NCBI GenBank assembly: GCA_048938105.1
Contig: JBHLMN010000004.1
Coordinates: 128,001-192,000, forward strand
DNA length: 64,000 bases
Direction of reading: 5' to 3'
Origin: Promethearchaeota archaeon
Lineage (GTDB): Archaea; Asgardarchaeota; Heimdallarchaeia; Hodarchaeales; Hodarchaeaceae
A program made the translations under genes and the position numbers. Below, one piece after another: positions 39,164 through 49,908 of this stretch (the first letter of the stretch is position 1; each line of letters opens with the position of its first letter). The notes under the pieces are model-generated. The model worked only from the letters and a program-made list of their open reading frames with translations, was not told where the DNA came from and searched no databases.

Positions 39164-39778
39164 CTATTTAAGATAATACTTTAATGAAAAAGCTGCTAAG
39201 TCTGAAAGATATTCAACAAATTTATCGTCTGTATCAAATAATTCCATTATAGACAGATGATGATATAAAATAGCATTAACAAGATTATACATGAAAATAA
39301 ATACATCGACCAGTTTTTTCTCAGAAAATTGTTCAAAATTCTCATTTGCCTTCCTTAATTTCTGTACTGTATTTTTAAAAAAATTCGCAATCTTCTCTTT
39401 ATGTGCATTATACAATGTTTTATCAGATTGTATGGCAGATCTAAAGGCGAGATTGTATCCTTTATTTTCTTTATGAGTCTTGAATAAATCTAAAATAAAA
39501 TGATGGAGATAGTCTCTAATATTTTCATCATTCATCATCTCTAAATTATGGCTTTCCAAGAAAGTTTCCATTGATTCTTCAAAATATTTTCGTATAATAT
39601 CTTCTTTCCCTCTCGGAAAATATTTATAAATCGTCCCAATGCTAATTTCAGCTGATTTTGCGACGTGATTTGTGCTTGTTTTGTGATATCCCTGTTCTAA
39701 GACTAGTTTAAAGAATGTATCATAAATCAAGTTAATTTTTTCTTGCTTATTTCGGGTAAATTTTCTGTTTGAGATCAT
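39164..39778 (-). CDS. TetR/AcrR family transcriptional regulator
   Basis: GYHKTSTNHVAKSAEISIGTIYKYFPRGKEDI. Confidence 0.92.
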   Translation of the reverse strand: MISNRKFTRNKQEKINLIYDTFFKLVLEQGYHKTSTNHVAKSAEISIGTIYKYFPRGKEDIIRKYFEESMETFLESHNLEMMNDENIRDYLHHFILDLFKTHKENKGYNLAFRSAIQSDKTLYNAHKEKIANFFKNTVQKLRKANENFEQFSEKKLVDVFIFMYNLVNAILYHHLSIMELFDTDDKFVEYLSDLAAFSLKYYLK

Positions 39779-39823
39779 AATATCCTCATTTATGGGCCTT
39801 ATTCATAAAGCTTATAAAGTAAT

Positions 39824-39863
39824 TGAGCAAATGCTCACTTAGAAATTATTGAGTAAATGCTCA
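39824..39863. promoter_or_regulatory. Two tandem palindromic operators (likely TetR sites)
   Basis: TGAGCA-aa-TGCTCA (39824-39837) and TGAGTA-aa-TGCTCA (39850-39863), between the divergent tetR and methyltransferase genes. Confidence 0.75.
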
Positions 39864-39892
39864 TTTATAAAAATAGGATTAGTGTCAAAAAT

Positions 39893-40774
39893 ATGACTCA
39901 AGTAGAAACAGTAAAATTTCACAAACCTCTTCATCAAAATGATATATCTGTTGTAGAACATCTCATATATCCAATATTTTCTAAGAAAAACAAAAAAGAT
40001 CAGCACTACTGGAATGAAATTCGATCATTATTTTTATCTGCCATGAAAAATGCTAAGTTGACGTTTCTCCAAAGATATTTATTCTGGTTCTATGTAAATA
40101 GAACAATAACGAAAGGTATGAAGAAGGGAATACCTCTTATTGAAGTGGAGGCAACACTACGGGAATTCCTCAGAAAAAGGATTGATTCTCATGACCAGGA
40201 TAAAGATCGAAAGATTATTGCAATCGAACGGGCAAAGAGAAGTTTTAATTTAGTAGAGGATTACATCATAGGAGATAAAATACTTGATCTTGGTGCTGGA
40301 AATGGATTTTTAGCTTTAGAAATTAAAAAACAACTTAAGAAAGAAGTCAAACTGGTTGATATTGTAGATTACAATTATACAGACCTACCATTAGTCTTAT
40401 ACAATCCAGAAAACAAATTACCCTTGGGAGATAAAGAAATAGATACTACCATTTTATATACCGTGTTACATCATGCAAGTGATCCTGAACATCTATTGGA
40501 AGAGGCTGCGAGAATAACCAAAAAACGTTTAGTTATTATAGAGGGATATATTGAGGAAGAAGACATACGAATGACTAATTGCTTCTTTGATTGGTTTTAT
40601 AATCGAGTAATTGGAGACGAAGATATCGTTGTACCTCTTAATTTTCTTAAGGTAAATGGATGGAAAAAACTATTGCAATCACATGGATTTGAGACGACTG
40701 AAACAGTCTATCTTGGAATCAACGAACCTATTGTACCTGAACATCAAATCTTAATTATCGCTGACCACATCTAA
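39893..40774 (+). CDS. Class I SAM-dependent methyltransferase with N-terminal extension
   Basis: ILDLGAGNG, VDIVD, VLHH, IIEG. Start moved to ATG 39893 because ATG 39857 lies inside the second operator. Confidence 0.85.
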   Translation: MTQVETVKFHKPLHQNDISVVEHLIYPIFSKKNKKDQHYWNEIRSLFLSAMKNAKLTFLQRYLFWFYVNRTITKGMKKGIPLIEVEATLREFLRKRIDSHDQDKDRKIIAIERAKRSFNLVEDYIIGDKILDLGAGNGFLALEIKKQLKKEVKLVDIVDYNYTDLPLVLYNPENKLPLGDKEIDTTILYTVLHHASDPEHLLEEAARITKKRLVIIEGYIEEEDIRMTNCFFDWFYNRVIGDEDIVVPLNFLKVNGWKKLLQSHGFETTETVYLGINEPIVPEHQILIIADHI

Positions 40775-40833
40775 TAACTCAAATTGTGATGTTGAAAATA
40801 TCAAATTTAGGAGATGATCTAGTGAGTTCTTTT

Positions 40834-41370
40834 CTAAGAAATGTCGAAAAGAGCAATAACTGCTTCAGTGTAAGCCCACCAATAATCACTTCCCTCTCGT
40901 GGTGGTTTATCTAAAGAATATCTAATATGATTAATATGGGATATGTGACCTAAAGTATGAAGAGCTAACCTTAGAACAGTCCAAGCAAGAGTACCTTTTT
41001 GTTTGATAGACTTAATTTGATCATTTTCTTCTTCATAGATTGTTCTACGAATTTGAAAGTCTTCGAGAGTAGCCTCATCAATTAAACTTAAATAATGCTT
41101 TTCTACCTTTTTGAATAAAGATATAATATCATTAAGCGAATTATCCTTATCAACATAATTATAGGTAGTTGTATCAAGAGCTTTAAGCCAATATATCTCT
41201 GTGTTCATAAGATGATTTACATAACTGATAATTGTCTTGGCTTTTGTGCCTTCTGGTCTCCAAGTGAGTTCTTTAGGAGATAGGTCTTCAAGTACGCGGA
41301 AAATATATAGCTTTGTATATTTAAAAATCTGTTTAAGCTTTTTTCGATACATTTCAATATCAGAACTCAA
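40834..41370 (-). CDS. DinB/YfiT family protein
   Basis: LTWRP, HLMNTEIYW and HTLGHISHI His-triad pattern. Confidence 0.8.
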   Translation of the reverse strand: MSSDIEMYRKKLKQIFKYTKLYIFRVLEDLSPKELTWRPEGTKAKTIISYVNHLMNTEIYWLKALDTTTYNYVDKDNSLNDIISLFKKVEKHYLSLIDEATLEDFQIRRTIYEEENDQIKSIKQKGTLAWTVLRLALHTLGHISHINHIRYSLDKPPREGSDYWWAYTEAVIALFDIS

Positions 41371-41417
41371 TTAAAAACTTCCTATGTATATAACTCAGAA
41401 TCTAATGTTTGGCTTTT

Positions 41418-41954
41418 TTATTTTTCGCTAAATAGCTCCCTTAAAGTAGTTGAGAATCTTCCCCCAGGACATGTGCCCCGGATAGCACATACAGGACACA
41501 CATTCCATAAGAATAATATTGCATAGATTAAAATTAAGATAATATAGCCTAGTGGATAGATAATTCCTAGTTCTAGCAAAAAAAATAATGGAAATAATAT
41601 CAATCCCAGTAAACATAAACTTCCAAAGGTTGCAAATAAATCAAAACGGGTTTTCGTCTTTTTCATGTTCTTTATTATTGGAAGATTAGCAATTCGACTT
41701 GCTGGTATAATCCCAGCTACTGCTGGGCAAAATCCGTCAGTGTACGGGCAATCTTGATATTCACAACAGTAGGATTGGAAAACATTTGCTCCCAACCAAA
41801 ATAATATGAAAATAATTCCAAAAAAAGGATTAATGAAGAACAAAAATCCAAAAATGATCAGTATCATAATCATTAAAGGTATTGTTATAACCAGATAGAC
41901 CTTCTTTTTACTATAGGGAATACAATTTCTATCAGGGGTTGCTAAGGTACTCAT
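41418..41954 (-). CDS. Hypothetical 4-TM membrane protein with two Cys clusters
   Basis: TM-TM-CCEYQDCPYTDGFCP, then TM-TM-CPVCAIRGTCP. Confidence 0.7.
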   Translation of the reverse strand: MSTLATPDRNCIPYSKKKVYLVITIPLMIMILIIFGFLFFINPFFGIIFILFWLGANVFQSYCCEYQDCPYTDGFCPAVAGIIPASRIANLPIIKNMKKTKTRFDLFATFGSLCLLGLILFPLFFLLELGIIYPLGYIILILIYAILFLWNVCPVCAIRGTCPGGRFSTTLRELFSEK

Positions 41955-42092
41955 ATGGACAACAACTTCCTATCTAATGTATCTATTATAATTGAGGTTG
42001 AATTATTAAAGGATTCGTGCATTAAGGGTAACTGTTTCAACTTTAAATCACATTTTTATCAAAATATAGGTAGTAACATTTATTCTGAAAAA

Positions 42093-43181
42093 CTAATCAC
42101 GAATCAAGAAATTAATAACGTTTTCTGAAATATCAAGAGAATACTCCACTATCCTTCTTATACTCTCGACAATATTATCTAGAGGAATTGCTATTTTTGA
42201 TTCTTGTTGAAATGCGTAATCCATGATCACTTTACTCATGTCTTCGGGTTTAGTAATAGATTCAATATTTTGATTAGCTTTTTTAGTGTCTCTTTCGAAA
42301 AGTGAATCAATACTTATCTGGAAAACTCGAAGAGCAGAATTAATTGACGATTCAATTTGATCCATGACATCCTTATCTAATGGCTGATCAAGAAGGGGAA
42401 CAGTATTATCAGCAATCCTCACTGCGTGATCAGCAATTCTTTCAATGATCCTACTTATTAAGAACATATTTGCAGCTGCTCCTGCTGTGATTCCCATTTT
42501 TTCTGCAAGAGTAGGATCGCTTAATAACATATTAGTTAATCTTATAACCAACCAATGAAGTCTGTCTACATCATCGTCAATCAATCGAACATTTTGTGCT
42601 GAATTTTTATCAGAGTTTTTCAATGCAGATATGGCTGTTGAGTGCATGTTTTTAGTTGTTCTATACATTCGTTTTATTATGTTTTCAAATGGCATTTCTT
42701 CTGGTTTTAACAAATCTTTGATTAGAACATAGTTGTCTCTTTCATCTACAATTTCACACCCAATAATTTGTTGGACGAAATCTCTAATTATTAACCTATA
42801 AGGGGGTAAAATAGCGTCCTCCGAGTTTATCTCAATTTTAGTATATCCTGCTATATAGGCTGAAATCAAGTACCGATAAAAAAAAGTGGTGTCTGGGATA
42901 GTTTGAATATCTATGGTTTTTTTACGTTCAATTGATTTTCCTGATAAATTGGGTGTAATAAGTAGAGTATTATCAGGTTGGGTAACTAAACCTAATCTCA
43001 TTCCTTTAATTCTATCAATATCATCATCTTCATTGATTTCGTTCTCTTCTTCTTGAAGCTGTTTTGTTTTAACTAAATTCATTAACCAATCTTTGGGTAA
43101 AGTAATCACATAAGATGACCCACCAGTCTTTTGAATTTTGCGAGTTTCCATCTTTTGTGAGAAAGCATTATTCTCTATCAT
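42093..43181 (-). CDS. Archaeal phosphate uptake regulator (AbrB N-terminal + two PhoU domains)
   Basis: ETRKIQKTGGSSYVITLPKDW, LISAYIAGY, DDDVDRL, IERIADHA. Divergent from the pst operon. Confidence 0.92.
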   Translation of the reverse strand: MIENNAFSQKMETRKIQKTGGSSYVITLPKDWLMNLVKTKQLQEEENEINEDDDIDRIKGMRLGLVTQPDNTLLITPNLSGKSIERKKTIDIQTIPDTTFFYRYLISAYIAGYTKIEINSEDAILPPYRLIIRDFVQQIIGCEIVDERDNYVLIKDLLKPEEMPFENIIKRMYRTTKNMHSTAISALKNSDKNSAQNVRLIDDDVDRLHWLVIRLTNMLLSDPTLAEKMGITAGAAANMFLISRIIERIADHAVRIADNTVPLLDQPLDKDVMDQIESSINSALRVFQISIDSLFERDTKKANQNIESITKPEDMSKVIMDYAFQQESKIAIPLDNIVESIRRIVEYSLDISENVINFLIRD

Positions 43182-43725
43182 TGTTTAAAATTCCACATTT
43201 CACTAAAGGTTGAAACTTTCATTATCAAATGATATTTCATACTTTTTCTCAGTAATTACACTAATGAGACATTTCTATAATACATTAATAAAGCAATTAA
43301 GGCATAATCTTATTCCTAAGACATTGATTAGGCTATTAGTCTTCCAGTGAATATCCTTACATGCGAATATACTAACTTACATAAATATATAATGAATGAG
43401 AAATCTATAGTGGAATATATATCTACATACTTAAATTGGTATTGACATACAAATATATGGCGTAAATGGTCAAAGTATATATCTAAGCTAGTGTAAATGG
43501 GAAGTGGTGATTGACTAAACAAAATGTCGTAAAAAACGATTCTTTAACGCTCAATAACTAATTGTATCCATTTTTATCCTTTCAATTGATAAAATTTTAG
43601 TATTTAACTAAAGAAATAGCGAAATAATCAGAATGTATTTTTAACTTCAAAGTGGATTATAATTAACTTAAAGAAGCATTTGAGTTATCACCTAGGGAAT
43701 ACAAATCAAATTCGGTGTAATAAAC

Positions 43726-44616
43726 ATGAAACTACTATCAAAGAACTATATGAAGTATACCATCATTCCAGTACTAGCCTTAGTGATCTTCATGTCAGGT
43801 TGTACACAGGCAGGAGATAAGATAGTCGTGATAGGAAGACCAAGCACATCTGGTACACGAGGTACTTTTGATGAATTGGTTCTAGATGAAGAAAACCCCA
43901 CTGCTAAGATGGAGGAACAAGAAAGCAATACATTAGTACATGACAGAGTTTCGGACACAAAGTACGCTATAGGGTACGTTGGGCTCGGATATGTAGATAA
44001 AGATGTTAAAGCACTTGAAATAGATGGAGAACTTCCTAGCGAAGCCACAATCTTGGACGGTTCTTATCCAATATCCCGTGGATTAAACCTATTCACTAAT
44101 GGTGAACCTACTGGTACAATTAAGGATTTCATTGATTTTATAATGAGCAAAGAAGGACAAGATATTGTAGAGGATGAAGGATTCATCCAGATCAATAAGA
44201 GCGCAGCAAAATATAATGCTAGCGGAGATGTATCACTGTTGCCTTCAACTAAACTTTCTCTTAAAGGTTCAACAACAGTTCTTCCTATAGCAAATGCCAG
44301 TGCAATCGAGTATATGAAAATCCAGACGAATATACAAATCTCAGTATCTGGTGGAGGTTCTGGTCAAGGAATAGAAGCCATTGGTAAAGAAGAAGTAAGT
44401 ATCGGTATGGCTAGTCGTGAACTAAAGCAAGAAGAAATAGATAATTATCCAGATTTAGTAAAGACAGTAATCGCCAACGATGGGATTGCAGTTATAGTTC
44501 ACCCTGACAATGATGTTATTGGTATAAGCTTGGAGACCTTAAAAGGTATTTATCTAGGTGATTTTACAACCTGGTCTGAAGTGAAAGACGAAATGGGAAC
44601 TACTGTCAAGGAATGA
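43726..44616 (+). CDS. pstS: Phosphate ABC transporter substrate-binding lipoprotein PstS (circularly permuted form)
   Basis: Lipobox MSGC. RPSTSGTRGTF and YPISR precede GSTTV, GGGSGQG, GMASR and DGIAVIV. Confidence 0.92.
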   Translation: MKLLSKNYMKYTIIPVLALVIFMSGCTQAGDKIVVIGRPSTSGTRGTFDELVLDEENPTAKMEEQESNTLVHDRVSDTKYAIGYVGLGYVDKDVKALEIDGELPSEATILDGSYPISRGLNLFTNGEPTGTIKDFIDFIMSKEGQDIVEDEGFIQINKSAAKYNASGDVSLLPSTKLSLKGSTTVLPIANASAIEYMKIQTNIQISVSGGGSGQGIEAIGKEEVSIGMASRELKQEEIDNYPDLVKTVIANDGIAVIVHPDNDVIGISLETLKGIYLGDFTTWSEVKDEMGTTVKE

Positions 44617-44768
44617 ATAGGAAAGAGCATTTTACTTCTCTCTTTGCCAGATGTCCTCCAAATATCACTTGGCAGGTAAAAAATTCCCCAACCACCTTTT
44701 ATTTTTTTACCTTTAACTGACATACTCTCTCGATAACTGATTAGCGTTCAATATAGGGGTAATTAAAA

Positions 44769-47099
44769 ATGCAGCAAGAGACCAAATCAGATTTATTAGT
44801 CATCAATATGGATTCTTTACGGAAATTGGTAAAATTGTTATTCATCCTCCCAATAACCATACCTAGCTTTCTTATAATAAGTTTCCTAATATCAAAAGGT
44901 CTGGATGGTCTCACGAATGGAGACATATTAACATCGATAATTATGTTTGGTTTATTAGGTTTAATTTTTCTTTATTTAATTATTTTTATTCAGGTAATTC
45001 GATTTCTAACAAGAATAATCCTTACAATAGTATTAACAAGTATTCTTTTTATCTTACTATCACTTTTTCATTACTCGATCGGTCAGATTGAATATGAAAC
45101 TCAGCTATTAAATATTGAAACAGTAATTTATCTTCTCGTAATTGGTTTTATACTGCTTTTTATTTACATATTTGTTGTAGAAAGCGTGAAGTATGAACGT
45201 ATAATAAGAACTGTACTATACTTATCTGCTGTTTTTGCAATTGTTGCAATTTCTGTTATTCTTATCTTCTTAGCATATGAAGGACTTCCAATATTTGATG
45301 TAATAGGTATTGGAGAGTTTCTATTAGGTATTGATTGGTTTCCAGCAGCATTACTTGAAGAGAACAAATCATTTGGAGCATTTCCGTTAATATGGGGAAC
45401 AGTGATTGTCGCAATAGGCGCAATAGTAATATCTGTTCCATTAAGTATTTGTGCTGCAATATTCATATCAGAAATAGCACCTCCCGCAGTAAGGGAAGTT
45501 GTTAAACCTGCTATAGAACTCCTTGCTGGAATCCCCTCAATAATTTATGGCTTCTTTGGTGTAGTAATTGTTGTATCTTTTTTGCAAGAACCAATTCCAG
45601 GGTATTTTATGTTATCTTCTGGTGCCTCTGCTTTTACCGGCTCACTTATTCTTGCGATAATGGCATTACCAACTATTACAAGTGTAGCAGAAGATGCAAT
45701 TAATTCAGTACCAGAAGATTACAAAGAAGCTTCCCTCGCAGTTGGTGCGACAAATTGGCAGACTATCAGTAGAGTAACAGTGCCTGCAGCAATATCAGGG
45801 ATAACTGCAGCGATCATTCTAGGAATGGGGAGGGCAATAGGTGAGACTATGGCAGTAATGATGGTCATGGGAAATTCTGCTATTGTTTCATTTAATCTAC
45901 TAGAAAGCATGAGAGCGATTACATCAACCCTTGCCATCGAAATGGGGGAAGTCGCAGTAGGAAGCGAACATTACCATGCTCTCTTCGGTCTTGCTCTTGT
46001 TCTATTGATCATAACATTATTCATAAACTCAATGAGTGTTATAATAATAGACAGATTCAAAATCTCAAATAAAACTACTAAGAAAAGAGAAGAGAAATCA
46101 GTATTATCTCTAGCAATTGAAAATAACAAACGTAAACTTATTATAAGTGGATTTGTAATTATAGGGGTAGTGTCAGGTATATTTCTTGCTGCTACAATAG
46201 GATTGGTTCTTACAATTTTATTGTACATTATTATAATTATCTCGTATTATGGTAAAAAAAAGGTGTATGATAAGCTTCCAGCTTCTAATAAGCAAATTGT
46301 GGCTTATAGTATAGTTTTTGTAATGGTTGGTATAGTTGTATTAATATTATTCATTATAATTGGGTATATTGTAATTAATGGAATACCATATATATCTCTT
46401 GATTTTATTTTGAAATCAGGCACAGAGGGGATTTTTCCAGCTATTTATGGAACATTTTTATTAGTAATTGGCGCAATTACATTTGCCCTACCAATTGGAA
46501 TTTGTGCAGCAATATTTCTGGTCGAATATCAGACTGAAGGGAGAGCTACCAAAATCATCCGAGCTGGATTTGACCTATTGAACGGCACTCCTAGTATTGT
46601 GTATGGATTATTTGGTTTTACTTTCTTCGTTCTTGCATTGGGTTGGGGATTATCATTAATAGCTTGTCAGGTTACACTTGGTTTAATGATTCTTCCCACT
46701 GTATTAAGAACAACAGAAGAGTCTCTAAAAGCTGTGCCCGAATCAGTAAGGGAAGGTTCTTTAGCTCTAGGAGCGACTAAATGGCAAACAATAAGAAAAG
46801 TTGTGCTACCACCAGCTTTACCAGGTATTGTAACAGGATCTATACTTGGCATTGGTAGATCTGCAGGAGAAACAGCCCCAATCCTGTTTACTGGTGCTGT
46901 TTTTTTACAGCCAAATCTCCCTGAATCCCTATTTGATACTGTAATGGCATTACCTTATCTTCTATACGGTCTTTTAGAATTTCCAACATCTGAGAAAATG
47001 CGGTACGGTACAGCTCTAGTTCTATTGATTATAGTCTGTGGTTTATACTTAATTGCTATTATTATCCGTAATGTTTCTCGGAGAAGAATTCGGTGGTGA
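44769..47099 (+). CDS. pstC/pstA: Fused PstC-PstA phosphate permease
   Basis: PstC motifs ([34 protein letters not shown]) are followed in the same frame by PstA motifs ([31 protein letters not shown]). Confidence 0.92.
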   Translation: MQQETKSDLLVINMDSLRKLVKLLFILPITIPSFLIISFLISKGLDGLTNGDILTSIIMFGLLGLIFLYLIIFIQVIRFLTRIILTIVLTSILFILLSLFHYSIGQIEYETQLLNIETVIYLLVIGFILLFIYIFVVESVKYERIIRTVLYLSAVFAIVAISVILIFLAYEGLPIFDVIGIGEFLLGIDWFPAALLEENKSFGAFPLIWGTVIVAIGAIVISVPLSICAAIFISEIAPPAVREVVKPAIELLAGIPSIIYGFFGVVIVVSFLQEPIPGYFMLSSGASAFTGSLILAIMALPTITSVAEDAINSVPEDYKEASLAVGATNWQTISRVTVPAAISGITAAIILGMGRAIGETMAVMMVMGNSAIVSFNLLESMRAITSTLAIEMGEVAVGSEHYHALFGLALVLLIITLFINSMSVIIIDRFKISNKTTKKREEKSVLSLAIENNKRKLIISGFVIIGVVSGIFLAATIGLVLTILLYIIIIISYYGKKKVYDKLPASNKQIVAYSIVFVMVGIVVLILFIIIGYIVINGIPYISLDFILKSGTEGIFPAIYGTFLLVIGAITFALPIGICAAIFLVEYQTEGRATKIIRAGFDLLNGTPSIVYGLFGFTFFVLALGWGLSLIACQVTLGLMILPTVLRTTEESLKAVPESVREGSLALGATKWQTIRKVVLPPALPGIVTGSILGIGRSAGETAPILFTGAVFLQPNLPESLFDTVMALPYLLYGLLEFPTSEKMRYGTALVLLIIVCGLYLIAIIIRNVSRRRIRW

Positions 47100-47866
47100 A
47101 TGGAATGGAAAATGGATATATAATCAAAACGCGAGATCTCAACCTATGGTATGATGATTTTCAAGCATTAATTGATATTAATATAAATATAGAAAGACAT
47201 AAGGTAACTGCTCTGATAGGTCCATCTGGATGCGGTAAATCAACATTACTTAGATGTTTTAACCGATTGAATGATCTAATTCCTGGTTGTCGAATAACAG
47301 GGGAAGTACTATTTAATGGCGAAGATATTTATGGTTCAAATTTAGATATTGTTAATATTAGGAAAAATAATGGCATGGTATTTCAGAAACCAAACCCATT
47401 CCCCAAAACGGTCTGGGAAAATATTGCATATGGACCTCAAACCCATATGATTAGAAATAAAGCGAAATTAAATAAGATTGTTGAAAAGACCTTAAAACAA
47501 GCTGCATTATGGAATGAGGTATCTGATCGCTTAGACGATTCAGCTTTAGAATTATCTGGAGGTCAACAACAAAGATTGTGTATTGCTCGAGCACTTTCAG
47601 TAGAACCTGAAGTTATTCTAATGGATGAACCTTGTTCTGCTTTAGATCCAATTGCTACTGGGAAAATTGAAAATCTAATTAACGAACTAAAGAAAACATA
47701 TACTGTTATCATTGTTACTCATAATATGCAACAGGCTGCTCGAGTTTCTGATTATACGGGATTTATGTATTTAGGGAAACTCATTGAATTTGATCGCACA
47801 ACAAAAATATTTGAGAATCCAAAAGAAGAATTAACTGAAAATTATATTACTGGACGTTTTGGTTAG
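47093..47866 (+). CDS. pstB: Phosphate ABC transporter ATP-binding protein
   Basis: [50 protein letters not shown]. Confidence 0.97.
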   Translation: MVNGMENGYIIKTRDLNLWYDDFQALIDININIERHKVTALIGPSGCGKSTLLRCFNRLNDLIPGCRITGEVLFNGEDIYGSNLDIVNIRKNNGMVFQKPNPFPKTVWENIAYGPQTHMIRNKAKLNKIVEKTLKQAALWNEVSDRLDDSALELSGGQQQRLCIARALSVEPEVILMDEPCSALDPIATGKIENLINELKKTYTVIIVTHNMQQAARVSDYTGFMYLGKLIEFDRTTKIFENPKEELTENYITGRFG

Positions 47867-47874
47867 GTTTTAAA

Positions 47875-48531
47875 ATGACAGAAAAATTCCATGAAGATTT
47901 AGTTCAATTGAAGAGCGATATAGTTAAAATGGGCCAATTAGCAAATGACATGTTATGCGGAGCCGTTGCAGCATTAAAAAATCAAGATAAGGAGCAAGCA
48001 AACTTTATACTTGCCAATAAAGATAAAATTCTTGACATGGATGATGAAATAGAACGAAAAGCACTAGAATTACTTACATTATATCAACCAATGGGTGGGG
48101 ATATCCGAACAATTGGTGCTTCACTTAAAATAATAACATACTTAACACGAGTGGGGAGATATGGGAAGGATATCGCAAAGATTGCAATTGAGCTTTCTAT
48201 TGAACCTCCTTTAGCTAAATTAGTCAGTATTCCATTTATGCAAAAAAAAGTATGTGAAATGCTCAGCGATGTCTTAGATGCGTATAGTACTGCAAAATTA
48301 ACCAAAATAAATCCCGAAAGCATTACAGAAAGAGATAATGATATTGATGCGCTTAGATATTCAATTTTTAGGGAGTGCATTAGCTATATGATGGAAGATC
48401 CTAGGAATATTTCTAGATGTGCTAATTATGTAATGGTTGCCAGATATCTAGAACGATGTGGGGATCATGCATGCAAAATCGCAGAGAAGGTTCACTATAT
48501 GGTCAATGGGAAGCGAGTAGAAATTAGTTAA
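47875..48531 (+). CDS. phoU: Phosphate signalling protein PhoU
   Basis: QPMGGDIR, RDNDID, RYLERCGDHACKIAE. Confidence 0.95.
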   Translation: MTEKFHEDLVQLKSDIVKMGQLANDMLCGAVAALKNQDKEQANFILANKDKILDMDDEIERKALELLTLYQPMGGDIRTIGASLKIITYLTRVGRYGKDIAKIAIELSIEPPLAKLVSIPFMQKKVCEMLSDVLDAYSTAKLTKINPESITERDNDIDALRYSIFRECISYMMEDPRNISRCANYVMVARYLERCGDHACKIAEKVHYMVNGKRVEIS

Positions 48532-48541
48532 TAATTTTAAG

Positions 48542-49213
48542 GTGTTATCTTTGGCAGAAAAATTTCACGAAAAACTTGCAGAATTAAAATATGATGTCAT
48601 GAGAATGGGTCTTTTCGCTGGTGATATGCTTAGTAAGGCAATTGAAGCCTTAAAAAAACGTGACACGAAACTTGCAGAGTTTGTACTTTCTCAAAAAATC
48701 CTACTTAGCGAGATGGATGATGAAATTGAAGCCAAAGCTTTGCAATTACTCACATTGTATCAACCTATGGCAAAGGATGTCCGTGTAGTCGCGTGTTCAT
48801 TAAAGCTAATCACTTACTTAACACGAATCGGAAGATATGGGAAAGACATTGCTAATATCACCGTTATTTTAGCCAAAGAACCACTGAATGAGGTCATAAA
48901 GCCGGTTAAAATACCTCAAATGGGTGAATTAACTGAAGAAATGATTGATGATTCTCTCAATGCATTCTATACTGAAGATCTTTCGTTGATAGGTCCAGAG
49001 GATCTTTCTGAAAGAGATGATGATTTAGATTCTCTTCGTTATTCCATATTTCGTGAATGCGTAAGCTATATGATTGAAGATCCACATAAAATCAATGTAT
49101 GTACACATTACATAATGGTGGGTCGGTATTTAGAACGATGTGGGGATCATGCGTGTAAAATGGCAGAGAAAATTCATTACATGGTAACTGGAAAACGGGT
49201 AGACATTAGTTGA
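48542..49213 (+). CDS. phoU: Phosphate signalling protein PhoU (tandem paralog)
   Basis: QPMAKDVR, RDDDLD, RYLERCGDHACKMAE. Confidence 0.95.
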   Translation: MLSLAEKFHEKLAELKYDVMRMGLFAGDMLSKAIEALKKRDTKLAEFVLSQKILLSEMDDEIEAKALQLLTLYQPMAKDVRVVACSLKLITYLTRIGRYGKDIANITVILAKEPLNEVIKPVKIPQMGELTEEMIDDSLNAFYTEDLSLIGPEDLSERDDDLDSLRYSIFRECVSYMIEDPHKINVCTHYIMVGRYLERCGDHACKMAEKIHYMVTGKRVDIS

Positions 49214-49230
49214 AATGGAAAGGTGTCAAT

Positions 49231-49683
49231 ATGCAGAAAGTTTTATTTATTTGTACACATAATTCTGCTCGGTCTCAAATGGCTGAAGCAATTCTTCGAG
49301 TTAAATATGGAGATTCATTTCAAGCACTTAGTGCAGGAATTAATCCAACGAAATTAAACCCAATTGTGAAGAAGGTCATGGCTGAGATAGGTATTGATAT
49401 GTCTAACCACAAATCCAAGCACATTAACTTGTTTATGGATCAAAAAATTGATGTTGTTGTCACTGTGTGCGATTTTGCAAAAGAAAATTGCCCGTTTTTT
49501 CCTGGAGCTAAACAATACATGCATAAAAATTTTCCAGATCCCTCTCAATTCTCAGGTTCAGAAGAAGAGATATTAAATAATGTAAGAATGGTTAGGGATG
49601 AGATTATAAAATGGATTGATACGGAATTTAGATTATCTCAAAGGATCAGGAAAAAATCAATTAATTTCAAAGTTAAAATGTAA
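49231..49683 (+). CDS. arsC: Thioredoxin-type arsenate reductase (LMW-PTP fold)
   Basis: P-loop CTHNSARS, plus VVTVCD...CPFFPG resolving cysteines and FPDP. Start placed at ATG 49231. Confidence 0.88.
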   Translation: MQKVLFICTHNSARSQMAEAILRVKYGDSFQALSAGINPTKLNPIVKKVMAEIGIDMSNHKSKHINLFMDQKIDVVVTVCDFAKENCPFFPGAKQYMHKNFPDPSQFSGSEEEILNNVRMVRDEIIKWIDTEFRLSQRIRKKSINFKVKM

Positions 49684-49908
49684 AAGAGAAATTATTAGTG
49701 TATTTTAAGATTAAAAAATCTGATTAAGAGTTTCTGAAAGTAAGATACTTCTTGAATGGAATAAAGAGGCTGAAAACCGTAATATTTGAGAAGTCTTAAA
49801 GAAGAAAAACATAAATTGCTTTTATATATTTCTGTACGTGCAGAAGGTTATTGCCACATCACAAATCTATAAAAAAAGGAACTATATAAATGAAAAAACG
49901 ACCCTCTA

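Noticed and set aside
44617-44768. Structured ncRNA or riboswitch between pstS and pstC/A
   Set aside because: Only short imperfect hairpins (TGCCA...TGGCA) and a T-tract. This fits a partial terminator or stabiliser and is not enough to call an RNA.
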